DNA of 64,000 nucleotides from a virus. The notes below the pieces were generated by a model. That model saw only the letters and a program-made list of their open reading frames with translations. It searched no databases and had not been told where the DNA came from. The DNA lies in IMG/VR virus record IMGVR_UViG_3300045988_105030. The stretch is one strand, 5' to 3'. How positions within the stretch are numbered: position 1 is the stretch's first letter; every line of letters starts with the position of its first letter. Positions 37,631 to 46,265 of this stretch are shown piece after piece. The translations under genes were made by a program, and so were the position numbers.

Positions 37631-38071
37631 TTATGCAAGATAGATTTTATGACCAACAAGCTCTTCCTCACGCTTGAGGTCTATGAGGCAGATACGCTGC
37701 ACGGTAGCACCGACTGCCAGCTTCAGCCCCTCGAATTTGATCCGGCCGGAGAACAGGCCGTTCACGGTGTCAATCTGCTCGGCGGTGGGGACAAAAGGCG
37801 ATGACATGGATTTCCCCTCGCAATCGGCAACGGACTTCTCAAAGGTCTGGAGGTAGTTATTGTGTTCAGCGCCGAACTCCCACGAACGGAAAGCAAGGGA
37901 GCCGTCCGCCCGGATGGCGATTTTCAGACGCAGGGGGAGTTCTGGCCCGAATGGGGAGATATAGCAGATCAGGTCTCCGGGGGTGTAGGGATCCATTTTC
38001 CGCTCCAGATCGACGGTGTATTCGTCGCCGTCAAAGCAGGCGTAAGGATATTTCAAGATTTTGATTTGCAT
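37631..38071 (-). CDS. Hypothetical protein
   Basis: 146-aa ORF. RBS GAAGGAGGCTCTGCC. Confidence 0.5.
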   Translation of the reverse strand: MQIKILKYPYACFDGDEYTVDLERKMDPYTPGDLICYISPFGPELPLRLKIAIRADGSLAFRSWEFGAEHNNYLQTFEKSVADCEGKSMSSPFVPTAEQIDTVNGLFSGRIKFEGLKLAVGATVQRICLIDLKREEELVGHKIYLA

Positions 38072-38113
38072 GGCAGAGCCTCCTTCTGTTAAATTTACTT
38101 TTGCTCAATTTTA

Positions 38114-38344
38114 TCACGGTTTTGCCGGGGGTGCAACGGGGAGTTTTGCGGGGGGGCAGATAACACCGGATTGCTCCAGCTTTGCCTTTAGCTCTGCATT
38201 TTCTGCACACAGGGATTCTATGCAGGATGTCTTCAGGTCGATTTTTCGAGCAAGGCCGTCAAACGCCTTTGCAAACGAGCAAGGATTTTCGCCGTAGCAC
38301 ATATCGCGGCATACCTTTTTGTAGGGGCAAAATTTATTTTTCAT
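38114..38344 (-). CDS. Small Cys-rich protein with a coiled coil
   Basis: 76 aa. CPYKKVCRDMCYGENPC followed by ENAELKAKLEQ. Confidence 0.45.
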   Translation of the reverse strand: MKNKFCPYKKVCRDMCYGENPCSFAKAFDGLARKIDLKTSCIESLCAENAELKAKLEQSGVICPPAKLPVAPPAKP

Positions 38345-38371
38345 TTTGGTACTCCTTTCTGGGGATGATGT

Positions 38372-40285
38372 TCACATTCCGGGCAAGGCCACAAGTGCGC
38401 TGCCGGAGGTGATGAGCATGGAGGGGTCGGCAAGGGTCTTTTCGTAGCTGTCCGCGCCCTGGAAATCATCAATGACGGCCTGTTCTTCGGCGGTCATGTC
38501 GGCGTAGTGCTTTTTGCCGTAGGTGGGCGGCAGCCAGTTCTTTTTCTGACCGGCAAAGATGTTCAGACGGTCGATGATGCGGGATGCCTCCGGCTTGAAT
38601 TTAATGTGGCAAGTGCCCTTTTTGTAGAAAGTGCAGGTGAAGTAAGTAAAATCGGCCTTGTTGGTGTCGGCGGCGTTGGCGATGCGGACGGCGTGGTCTA
38701 TGGGCGTGTGGAAAGTAGTCTCGCCGCGATCCAGATAGTTCATGGCGCGTTCCAGGTCGGAGATCAGGGAGCTGACGCGGTAGGTGTCCAATTTTTCGCG
38801 GCTCAAACTGCTGGCGCAGCAGCCGTTGGCGGGGATGATGACCTTCATACCCACCTTGTGGGCCTTATTGGTGGCCCAGCCGTTATAGTAGTGAATATTA
38901 TTGGCGGACTCCGGGCACCAGGAGTGCTTGGCGGAGAAGGTCTCGAACAGCTCCAGGATGGATTCTTCCACGCCGCGGGTCAACTGGTGGGCGATCTCGC
39001 GGATGACGGACTCGATGTTATAGCGGGAGAAGTCATAGGCGGAGAGGGAACGGATCTTCTGCTGGTAGTCCTGCCGCATGGCGGAGGTCATTTTCGCGGT
39101 CAGCTCCGGACGCTGCAGCAGAAGGCCCCAATATTTTCCCCGCAGGCCGGAAAGATAGGAGTTGATCTGGGAAGCGGTGCCGTTGCCGCGCTTATCACAG
39201 CCTACGGTAAGGGACAGCAGAGGCTTGTCGTACTTGTCGCCGGTGTCGAAATAGGGCTTGAGGGCCTGAAACTCATGGATGATCTTTTCTCCCAATTTTG
39301 CCTCGAAATTATACCCTTCGATCAAATTTCCCATCCAGTCGGCAGAGGCGAGAGCGGAAGGATTGGTGGAAGAATTTTCGCTGTTTTCGCTGGCGCGGTG
39401 CAGTCCTTCCAGAATGTCGGAGGTGTAATTTTTGCGGGGGATATTCACATAGACCATGGCAATTTCAACGTCGCTGGAACGCTTGGCATGGCGGAAGGCG
39501 TCGGGGATGAACTCGATGCGGGCGTTATAATCGCTCAATTTTTGGGCCAGCAGCTTGCGGCGGTTGGTGTAGGGATTGCGGATGGTCTCGGCGTTCAAAA
39601 GGCACACGATCTGGCCGCCGCGCTCCATGAGGGACAGCGCTTGCAAGAGATGCTGGTCGCCGTTTTCAAAGGGGGGATTCATGATGCACAGGTCATACTG
39701 CTTGACGGTGCGGAAGGTGAGAAAATCATCGTGGACGACGTGCAGGCCCTTGCCGCGCAGAAGGGCGGCAAGGTCTGCGTCCTGCTCGATGCAGTCCAGA
39801 TAAGGCTCGTTGGCGTCGATATATATGCGGCTGCTGATCTTATGGCGGCGGGCGCGGATATGGCGATCCACGGCGTCGGCAAGGTCGCCTTTACCGGCGG
39901 AGGGTTCCAGAATGGTATAGACGCCCTCCCAGGACACGCAGGCCAACATTTTACCGGCCAATTTTGACGGCGTGGGGTAAAAACCGCTGTTGCTGAAGGA
40001 CGGCAGGCGGCGCACGTCGGCGCGGCTGGTAAGGGCGGCGGATTTTACGGCGTCAATGTTTTCATTGTACCAGTCGCGGACCAGCTTTTTCGCGGCGGCG
40101 ATGGTGGGGACATTGCCCAGCCATTTACCGCGGTCGGGATTTTCGCCCAGGATGGCGTAGACGGTGAAGCCGTCGCTGTTGCGATAGTTGTGGTTTTCGC
40201 GGATGGTGGCGATCTCCACGCCGAGGGCAGAGACCAGGATGATATTTTCGCGGTAGCGGTCTTTGGCGGTGGTGTATGTGAACAT
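38372..40285 (-). CDS. Orphan SAM-dependent DNA methyltransferase (N6-adenine type, NPPF motif) with a large C-terminal domain
   Basis: ATG at 40285 after GAAAGGAAA. 637 aa. AdoMet motif ILEPSAGKGDL and catalytic CIMNPPFENG. No adjacent restriction gene. Confidence 0.7.
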   Translation of the reverse strand: MFTYTTAKDRYRENIILVSALGVEIATIRENHNYRNSDGFTVYAILGENPDRGKWLGNVPTIAAAKKLVRDWYNENIDAVKSAALTSRADVRRLPSFSNSGFYPTPSKLAGKMLACVSWEGVYTILEPSAGKGDLADAVDRHIRARRHKISSRIYIDANEPYLDCIEQDADLAALLRGKGLHVVHDDFLTFRTVKQYDLCIMNPPFENGDQHLLQALSLMERGGQIVCLLNAETIRNPYTNRRKLLAQKLSDYNARIEFIPDAFRHAKRSSDVEIAMVYVNIPRKNYTSDILEGLHRASENSENSSTNPSALASADWMGNLIEGYNFEAKLGEKIIHEFQALKPYFDTGDKYDKPLLSLTVGCDKRGNGTASQINSYLSGLRGKYWGLLLQRPELTAKMTSAMRQDYQQKIRSLSAYDFSRYNIESVIREIAHQLTRGVEESILELFETFSAKHSWCPESANNIHYYNGWATNKAHKVGMKVIIPANGCCASSLSREKLDTYRVSSLISDLERAMNYLDRGETTFHTPIDHAVRIANAADTNKADFTYFTCTFYKKGTCHIKFKPEASRIIDRLNIFAGQKKNWLPPTYGKKHYADMTAEEQAVIDDFQGADSYEKTLADPSMLITSGSALVALPGM

Positions 40286-40364
40286 GGTGATTTTCCTTTC
40301 GTATGTTTTCGTTGTTGTGGTGATTATATCTGCCGTGTCAAGGCGGATTTTGCGGGGGTGGTGT

Positions 40365-41069
40365 TCAGGCGGATTTTCGGGCAGTGGGCCTGCGTACCGG
40401 CAGCAGGATCCCGAAACCGTCCGCGCTCTCAAAGTAGATGCCGCCAATGTCCGGGCGGTAGTTGGATGCCCGGAAGGACGCACCGGGGAGAATTTCCAAA
40501 ATATCCAGCAGGAAACGGGCGTCAACGGTGGGAAGGCCGTCGCCGAAGTCGTACAGGGGGAATTTTTCTTTTTTCCCTGCGGCCTTCAGCTCCGCGCCGC
40601 GCTGCTTGATATAGGCGCGAAGCTCCGCCGCCGTGGGTGCGGGCAGATATGCACCGCTGTTCCGGCTGGCTGGCTCGATGCAGTTCAGCGCGTCGAAGGT
40701 CTGATTTTCCGCCGTGGGGAGGTCGTTAAGGGGCGTGTTCAGGGCGATGGCAAGATAACCGTTGCACAAAATTTGCTTTCCGTCCTGTTCCCACGCGCCG
40801 CGCAGATCGTCCCGTGAGGAGGTCTTGAAGATATGCAGCGCGGCTTTTCTGGCGCTGCCGCGTCCGGCGGTTTTCGCGGCCTGCTGGGCGATGCCCTCCC
40901 GGAGATCGGCGGCGAGGTCTGCCAGGGCAAAACCGGCGTTATATCCGGCGCACTTGTGCAGCTCCGCCGCGTGGGTGGTGTAGTAGTTGAAGGCGTCCCG
41001 CTGTTCATCCGGCAGACGCTCCACCGCTGCCAGCAGCTTTTCCAGAATTTTTTCGTAGTTGATAGCCAT
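40365..41069 (-). CDS. Hypothetical protein; C-terminus resembles the last domain of the beta sliding clamp
   Basis: ATG at 41069 after GGAGG. 234 aa. VDARFLLDILEIL ... GGIYFESADGFGILLPVRR resembles the DnaN C-terminal motifs. Confidence 0.4.
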   Translation of the reverse strand: MAINYEKILEKLLAAVERLPDEQRDAFNYYTTHAAELHKCAGYNAGFALADLAADLREGIAQQAAKTAGRGSARKAALHIFKTSSRDDLRGAWEQDGKQILCNGYLAIALNTPLNDLPTAENQTFDALNCIEPASRNSGAYLPAPTAAELRAYIKQRGAELKAAGKKEKFPLYDFGDGLPTVDARFLLDILEILPGASFRASNYRPDIGGIYFESADGFGILLPVRRPTARKSA

Positions 41070-41104
41070 TTTATAAACCTCCATTTTTCGCGCTGTTCGC
41101 GCTG

Positions 41105-41302
41105 TCAATAGTATTCTTTGCCGCTTTCAAATTTTTTGATGGCGTCAATAATTTTTTTCGCGTCATTATATACGGTCTCCACATGGATATTTTTGTTTAC
41201 ATCACGCCAGATAATAATTTTTCTGTCTGGATTTGCACCTTGCGCCCGATATAATGCGGGAAAACCTTTTTCAAAATTGACGGGGCATCCATTTGTAGAC
41301 AT
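41105..41302 (-). CDS. Small hypothetical protein (AT-rich gene)
   Basis: ATG at 41302. 65 aa. Markedly lower GC than its neighbours. Confidence 0.4.
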   Translation of the reverse strand: MSTNGCPVNFEKGFPALYRAQGANPDRKIIIWRDVNKNIHVETVYNDAKKIIDAIKKFESGKEYY

Positions 41303-41411
41303 TGCCCCCGCTTTTTCATTTATAAAATACACTTTGAACCTCCGTTTTCTTGCGCTGTTCGCGCTGTTCGTGTTTTTGTGGATGGGGCGGCATCCGCCGC
41401 CCCGGTGGGGA

Positions 41412-42692
41412 TTAGTCGGGCTGTTCGGAAGCCTCGCCGCGTTTCCAACGGCGGAACACGGAAAGCGCGTTGCTTTCGTTGCGGCGGTGCAGCTCCTGAA
41501 GGAAAAACCGGGCAACATTCAAATTTTCCGCGTCGGTGGGGCTGATGGAGAAAATAGCGCTCTCGATCTGTTCATCCGTCAGCATTTGCACCGATTCGAG
41601 AATGTCGGCGAAGTCCTGGCGGGCCTGTTCCTGCTCCTGCTGTGCCTGTTCAGCCTTGCGGCGCTTGTATTCTTCCAGCCAGGGCGCGGGCATGACGGAG
41701 ACCACGCGCCCGCCCTCGGTGTACTGTTCCAGCAGGTCGGCCACGGCGACGATGGCCGCGCCGGTCTCCTTGTCCTCGTCGGTGGGCTTGCCGTTGCCAA
41801 AATTTCCCTTGTCGCGCAGGAACGCGCCAAAGCTGCGAATGTGGGCAATGAGTCCGCCCTCGTTGTCGCCCAGGTCATAGCGGCCTTTATATGTGTCCTG
41901 CTCGCCGTCGGCGTTGGTGTACTCTATGGAAAATTTGGTTTTGTCATAGCCGCGTTCCTGGTCGTTATGGTTTTGCTCGTCCAGCGTCTTGAAAATGATC
42001 TCGGCGGCGGCGACGGAGAATTTCATACCATCATCAAAAGCGCAGTTTTCGCTCCATTCCACGGTGACGACCGGGGCGCCGTCCTTGATGGGGTGTGCGG
42101 CGGCGGTCTGTTCGATGAAAGCGCGGTTTTCGTTGCGGGTGCGGATGGCCTTTTCCCGGCGTTCCAGCTCGGCGGCGTGTTCACGCGCCAGCCGCGCCGA
42201 CTCGGCGGCGTTGTTCATTTCGTGGACGGCTTCCACGTCGGCGGCGGTGGGGTGTCCCTTGGGCAGGGTGGCCAGCTCGGCGGCGTTGCGGTCAAACTGT
42301 GCCTGCCGCCGGTCGATCTCGGCGCGGATGTCCTCCGGCTTGCGCCAGTGGTAGCGGCCGGGGGTCTTGGTGTCCTGCTCTGACTGCTTCAGTTTGGCGA
42401 TATATTCAGGCTCGCCGCGCATGGCAGACTTGAGCGCGGCGGCGCGGACGTACTTGTAAAGCGGGTGTTCCGGGGTAACGGTGGCGCTGTCGCTGTCGAA
42501 ATAGTCGGTGTAAAGGTCGGTTTCGTTCTTGACCTTGAACATATCGCGGGGAAGGTCGGCATAATCGCGGGCGCTGATTGTCACGCTGTCGCTTTTGCTG
42601 TCGGTAAAGTAGAAGCAGCGGATCAACTTCCCGCCGTTTACCTTGATGCCGTTGTAAAAAAAGCGGATGGATTCTGTTTTGTTGGTGTTCAT
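41412..42692 (-). CDS. Conjugative-element or phage accessory protein (polyvalent-protein-domain-like)
   Basis: 426 aa. VVTVEWSENCAFDDGMKFSVAAAEIIFKTLDEQ resembles domains seen in ICE accessory proteins. This rests on recall only. Confidence 0.45.
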   Translation of the reverse strand: MNTNKTESIRFFYNGIKVNGGKLIRCFYFTDSKSDSVTISARDYADLPRDMFKVKNETDLYTDYFDSDSATVTPEHPLYKYVRAAALKSAMRGEPEYIAKLKQSEQDTKTPGRYHWRKPEDIRAEIDRRQAQFDRNAAELATLPKGHPTAADVEAVHEMNNAAESARLAREHAAELERREKAIRTRNENRAFIEQTAAAHPIKDGAPVVTVEWSENCAFDDGMKFSVAAAEIIFKTLDEQNHNDQERGYDKTKFSIEYTNADGEQDTYKGRYDLGDNEGGLIAHIRSFGAFLRDKGNFGNGKPTDEDKETGAAIVAVADLLEQYTEGGRVVSVMPAPWLEEYKRRKAEQAQQEQEQARQDFADILESVQMLTDEQIESAIFSISPTDAENLNVARFFLQELHRRNESNALSVFRRWKRGEASEQPD

Positions 42693-42774
42693 TTTATGTT
42701 TCTTTCTGCCCTCGTGACCTCCGGGGCGGGCGTGGTGTGGTTAGTGGGTGGGGCACTGAAACAGGACGCAAAGA

Positions 42775-43002
42775 TCAGCCTTGGGCGCGAAGATGGGTTG
42801 TGACGTTGGCGGCCTCCGTGACTTCGTGCAGCGCGTCCGCGTAGCACTCGCGGTAAAGGTCAACGCCGTATTTGTCGCGGATGGCGTCGAGCTGGGCCAC
42901 GTCGAAAAGCTCCGTAAATGGTTCGTATCTGTGCGGGGCGGCGAGGCGGGCGGCGATGATCTCATTTCTGCAAGCCCAATATCCGGCGGTGCGGTCGTTC
43001 AT
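42775..43002 (-). CDS. Small hypothetical protein
   Basis: 75 aa, preceded by a conserved 31-nt leader. Confidence 0.45.
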   Translation of the reverse strand: MNDRTAGYWACRNEIIAARLAAPHRYEPFTELFDVAQLDAIRDKYGVDLYRECYADALHEVTEAANVTTHLRAQG

Positions 43003-43074
43003 TTTGTTTCCTTTCTGCCCTCGTTACCTCCGGGGCGGGCTGTTCGTGGTTTGGGGGGGCTGACGGTCTGGCGG

Positions 43075-43836
43075 TCAAAGGTTGTCCCGCTCCCGATTGT
43101 AATACTCCCGCCGCGCTGCCAAATATGCGGCCTTCTGGATCTCGTTAAATCCTGCGGCAGAAAAGAGCTTTCCCGCGTCGGTGTAGTCCTCCACGCCGGA
43201 GCAGTTGCCAAAGCAGGAAATTACGTCATAGTCGCCCTGCCAGTTGATCCCGTATTCGTGATTATACATTTCCGACAGAAACGCGCTTTTCCAATATTCC
43301 GCGTTTTCTTTGTTGCGCTGTTCGGCCTCGTCCAGCCCTCGCAGCAGCTCCGCGCCGCGCTTCACAAAATCGGCATTTTCCGGGGCATAGTACGCCATAA
43401 AAACCGGGGAAAAAATCATCTTTTCTGTTTTCTTCTCGATCTCCGCCCGCTCCGCATCGCTGCCGATGAAAAACGCGGAAATATACGGGCGGCGCATGGC
43501 GTAGTAGTTGCGGATGTAGTAGGATTTGGCGGTGTAATCGTCGTAGCTGTTCACGGTCTGCAACTCCTCATCCGTGAAAAGCTTCCCGGAAAGCTTCCGG
43601 CGGTAAATCTCGCGCAGCTCGTCCCGGCTCTTGCCGCCGTGGTGCAACTCGTAGTCGTTGGCATAATAGATATGTCGGCCGTCAGCGCAGACGCAGGCGG
43701 AAAAGCCGAACGCGCCGCCGAAGTCGATATAATAAACCGTGTGGCCCTTGATCGTCTCCACTTCCTCCGCGAAGCTGGCCAGATCTGCCGCGCTCATGCG
43801 CTCAATGTCCTTGATGGTGTATCTGTACTCGTTCAT
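43075..43836 (-). CDS. Hypothetical protein
   Basis: ATG at 43836 after AGGAGGAGCGAAAAA. 253 aa. Confidence 0.5.
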   Translation of the reverse strand: MNEYRYTIKDIERMSAADLASFAEEVETIKGHTVYYIDFGGAFGFSACVCADGRHIYYANDYELHHGGKSRDELREIYRRKLSGKLFTDEELQTVNSYDDYTAKSYYIRNYYAMRRPYISAFFIGSDAERAEIEKKTEKMIFSPVFMAYYAPENADFVKRGAELLRGLDEAEQRNKENAEYWKSAFLSEMYNHEYGINWQGDYDVISCFGNCSGVEDYTDAGKLFSAAGFNEIQKAAYLAARREYYNRERDNL

Positions 43837-43992
43837 TTTTTCGCTCCTCCTGTTCAAAATTTTAATGGGGTGGGGCTGATGCGCTCAACCCCCCCAGAAG
43901 CGTTACCGGTCGCCGCCCAGCCATTCCACCAGGCGAACCACGGCGGAAGCCAGCCACGCCGCGCCGATGACCGTTGTTATAATGCCCATGTC

Positions 43993-44196
43993 TCAGGCCT
44001 CCCGGGTGTAGTACGCGATATAGTGATAGTTGGTGGTGTCCCAGCGGGGAGAGTGGACGGCGTAGCCGGTGCCGAACTTGCCGGAATACTCCCGGATCAC
44101 GCCCTCGATCCGGCGGCTGATGTAGCCGCGGGCGGCGGCGATGTGGTGCAGCGTGTAGCCCGCTGCGGTCAACTGATCGATAGTCTGATATGCCAT
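43993..44196 (-). CDS. Small hypothetical protein
   Basis: ATG at 44196 after GGAGGGTTTGAAA. 67 aa. Confidence 0.45.
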   Translation of the reverse strand: MAYQTIDQLTAAGYTLHHIAAARGYISRRIEGVIREYSGKFGTGYAVHSPRWDTTNYHYIAYYTREA

Positions 44197-44212
44197 TTTC
44201 AAACCCTCCATT

Positions 44213-44389
44213 TCAAAAACTCGGTTGCAGCCGGATTTCCCACCGTCCGCAGATGTCGCCCGCGGCGTTCTTCGCGGCCTTCTTCAGGGCCTTGTCGATC
44301 GCCGACGCCTTGTCAGGGGCGGCGACAATAAACGCCTGGCGCTTGCCGCCGTTGTCGATGCAGCTAAAAGCAAACTTGTGATTTGTCAT
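44213..44389 (-). CDS. Small hypothetical protein; first gene of the minus-strand operon
   Basis: ATG at 44389 after GGGAGGATCAAAA. 58 aa. Confidence 0.45.
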   Translation of the reverse strand: MTNHKFAFSCIDNGGKRQAFIVAAPDKASAIDKALKKAAKNAAGDICGRWEIRLQPSF

Positions 44390-44557
44390 TTTTGATCCTC
44401 CCGGCCTTGCGGCCTGTCCTGTTGTTGTTTTTGCGTGGGGTGCGGTTTGCTGGATGCCGCCCAAAACCCCCGGCCAACTGATGGCAGACCGGGCGCCATG
44501 CCGGGGGACTCTACGCAGCCCCGGCCCCGCGAAAGGTGCTTTGCTATGGTCTTATTG

Positions 44558-44661
44558 TACTACTTATCAAGTAGTATTACAATTGGCGGAATCACTAATT
44601 GTTAAGTAGATTTTATGTGTGTTTTGTATACTTGACAAGTATAGACCCCGCCGCGTATAAT
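44558..44661. promoter_or_regulatory. Divergent promoter pair with two palindromic operators
   Basis: Plus strand: TTGACA (44632)-18 nt-TATAAT (44656). Minus strand: TTGTCA-17 nt-TAAAAT (44610-15). Palindromes TATACTTGACAAGTATA (44627-43) and TACTACTT-ATC-AAGTAGTA (44558-76). Confidence 0.6.
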
Positions 44662-44688
44662 GGGAGACGGTGGAAAGGGGGGCGAATA

Positions 44689-44889
44689 ATGCCAGTATCA
44701 GAGGCGCAGAAAAAGAGCGCCGCCAAATGGGACGCCAAAAACCTGGATCGGCTATCGCTGGCACTCCCAGCAGGGAGCCGGGACGCGATCAAAGCCCATG
44801 CAGCCCAGCGCGGCGAGTCCGTCAATGCCTTTATAGGCCGCGCCATCCGGGAGCAGATCCAGCGCGACAACGCCGCCGGGAAGGACTAA
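44689..44889 (+). CDS. Ribbon-helix-helix (Arc/CopG-like) DNA-binding protein
   Basis: ATG at 44689 after GAAAGGGGGG. 66 aa. LSLALPAGSRDAIKAHAAQRGESVNAFIGRAIREQI fits an RHH fold. Confidence 0.6.
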   Translation: MPVSEAQKKSAAKWDAKNLDRLSLALPAGSRDAIKAHAAQRGESVNAFIGRAIREQIQRDNAAGKD

Positions 44890-44911
44890 GCCCCTCCGGC
44901 AAACAAAAAAG

Positions 44912-44951
44912 CAGCTTCAACGGTATTTGTGCCGCTGGAGCTGTCTTTTTT
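44912..44951 (+). terminator. Intrinsic terminator after the RHH gene
   Basis: CAGCTTCAACGG-8 nt-CCGCTGGAGCTG followed by TCTTTTTT. Confidence 0.55.
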
Positions 44952-45463
44952 CCGTCCCCGGTCTACTCCTTCAAATAATACCAAACTGTCATAATCGCAT
45001 TTTAACGCCCCTCCACGCGATTTTATATCTTCACAGCTATAACCACCCTCAAACGTACCCAAAACGCCGCCAGCATAGAGCAGGGACGCGGGAAAGCGCT
45101 TTATATGCGTTTCACCCCCCTACGCGTGCGCGCGCGTTTATTCCGTGCGCGGTTGTACAAAGTATCATAGAGTATCACATAAGAGAGAGCCAAGACACGC
45201 CACACACCGCCAGCCACGCCCACCACAGGCCGCAGACCTCCACCGCCTGCCACACCATCCAGAGACGGCAGACAGAGGACGGAGGACAGCCCAGACCCGC
45301 CCAGAGGGAGAGAGGGGAGAGGAGTCGCCCGGCGCGGCCTGTTCCACCGGCCACGAGCGCCCGCAGACGGTCGGCAGCAGCGGCCGCCACCAGCACCGGC
45401 AGCACGTCAGACCACCGGGGGACGGTCCGGAGCAGCCCGGAGGCTTCAAAAACCGGCGGCAGA

Positions 45464-45583
45464 CTTGTAAAATGCAAGAAAACTTGCAAGAAAAATCCAC
45501 TACGTTGCGATAACGTCTGTTATTGAAACGTAACGCCCCCAGAAGTGACGGGCAAACTTGCAAAATTCCGACAGTCTTGCAGG
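45464..45583. repeat. Iteron-like cluster (five CTTGCA/CTTGTA repeats) with an inverted repeat
   Basis: CTTGTAA 45464, TGCAAGAA 45473, CTTGCAAG 45483, CTTGCAAA 45557 and CTTGCAGG 45576. Inverted repeat ACGTT-GCGAT-AACGT at 45502-16. Confidence 0.4.
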
Positions 45584-45966
45584 ACGGCCGGCCGCAGGCC
45601 ATCAGCGGCGGGGGGGTGGTTTACAATTCGGAGCGGGGAATCCTGGCGCGTCTCCCCCGGAACTCTCCTCCCTCTCCAAATGTTCCGTTCCCGCATCCAT
45701 ACGTTTCCTTTCAAACACTCGTGCCCTGTAAAGCTATGGCTTTGCGGGGTTTTCTTATGTCCATAGGGGGGTGGTTTAAAAACGGAAGTCAAAAAAGTGT
45801 TTGCATAAAAAGGGGAAGCCAAAAAATTTTAATAAAGGTGATGGATAGTTGGTGTGATGCTGGGTGCTTGGTGGTGCCGTTTTGGTGGGCTGGCAAGCGT
45901 TATGTGGTGCTGTTGTGAGTGGTAAGAGAGATGTAGGTTATTTTTGCAGATTAGAGAAAAAAGGTG

Positions 45967-45995
45967 TTGACACGGGTAGCACAATCATAGAAAGG
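45967..45995 (+). promoter_or_regulatory. Promoter-like motif copy 3, upstream of the plus-strand early-type gene cluster
   Basis: TTGACACGGGTAGCACAATCATAGAAAGG. TATAGT lies at 46005-10. Confidence 0.4.
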
Positions 45996-46031
45996 GCATG
46001 TTTTTATAGTACATGTAGGAGGTGATATGCC

Positions 46032-46265
46032 GTGGGCTTTGTAAATCAGCCGCTAACAAATGAAGCGGCAAGGAAACTGATGGCGCTGGACGAGTTTTCC
46101 CCTGTGTGCAGGTATAAAAATGATGATAAATCGTGTCCATCGCGCAGGGTTGCTTGCTCATATCAGAAATATGACTACAATCCTGACGGGAGTATCAATC
46201 TTGTTGAGTGTGGGAGGACGCTTGAACGCCCACCCCAGAGCTGGGGATATGTGGAGGAATTGTAA
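46032..46265 (+). CDS. Small hypothetical protein
   Basis: GTG at 46032, 9 nt after GGAGG. 77 aa. Confidence 0.45.
   Translation: MGFVNQPLTNEAARKLMALDEFSPVCRYKNDDKSCPSRRVACSYQKYDYNPDGSINLVECGRTLERPPQSWGYVEEL

Noticed and set aside
38507-44331. Plus-strand ORFs 38507..39967, 41118..42383 and 42781..44331
   Set aside because: They are antisense shadows of the minus-strand operon. The minus-strand genes have GGAGG RBSs and recognisable motifs (NPPF methyltransferase), while the plus-strand ORFs are Gly/Val/Ala low-complexity.
44927-45602. ORFs of 104-199 aa on both strands in the A/C-rich tract
   Set aside because: They are low-complexity (Arg/Pro/Thr/Ala or Trp/Leu/Gly runs), lack an RBS, and arise from strand compositional bias. 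The region is treated as non-coding.
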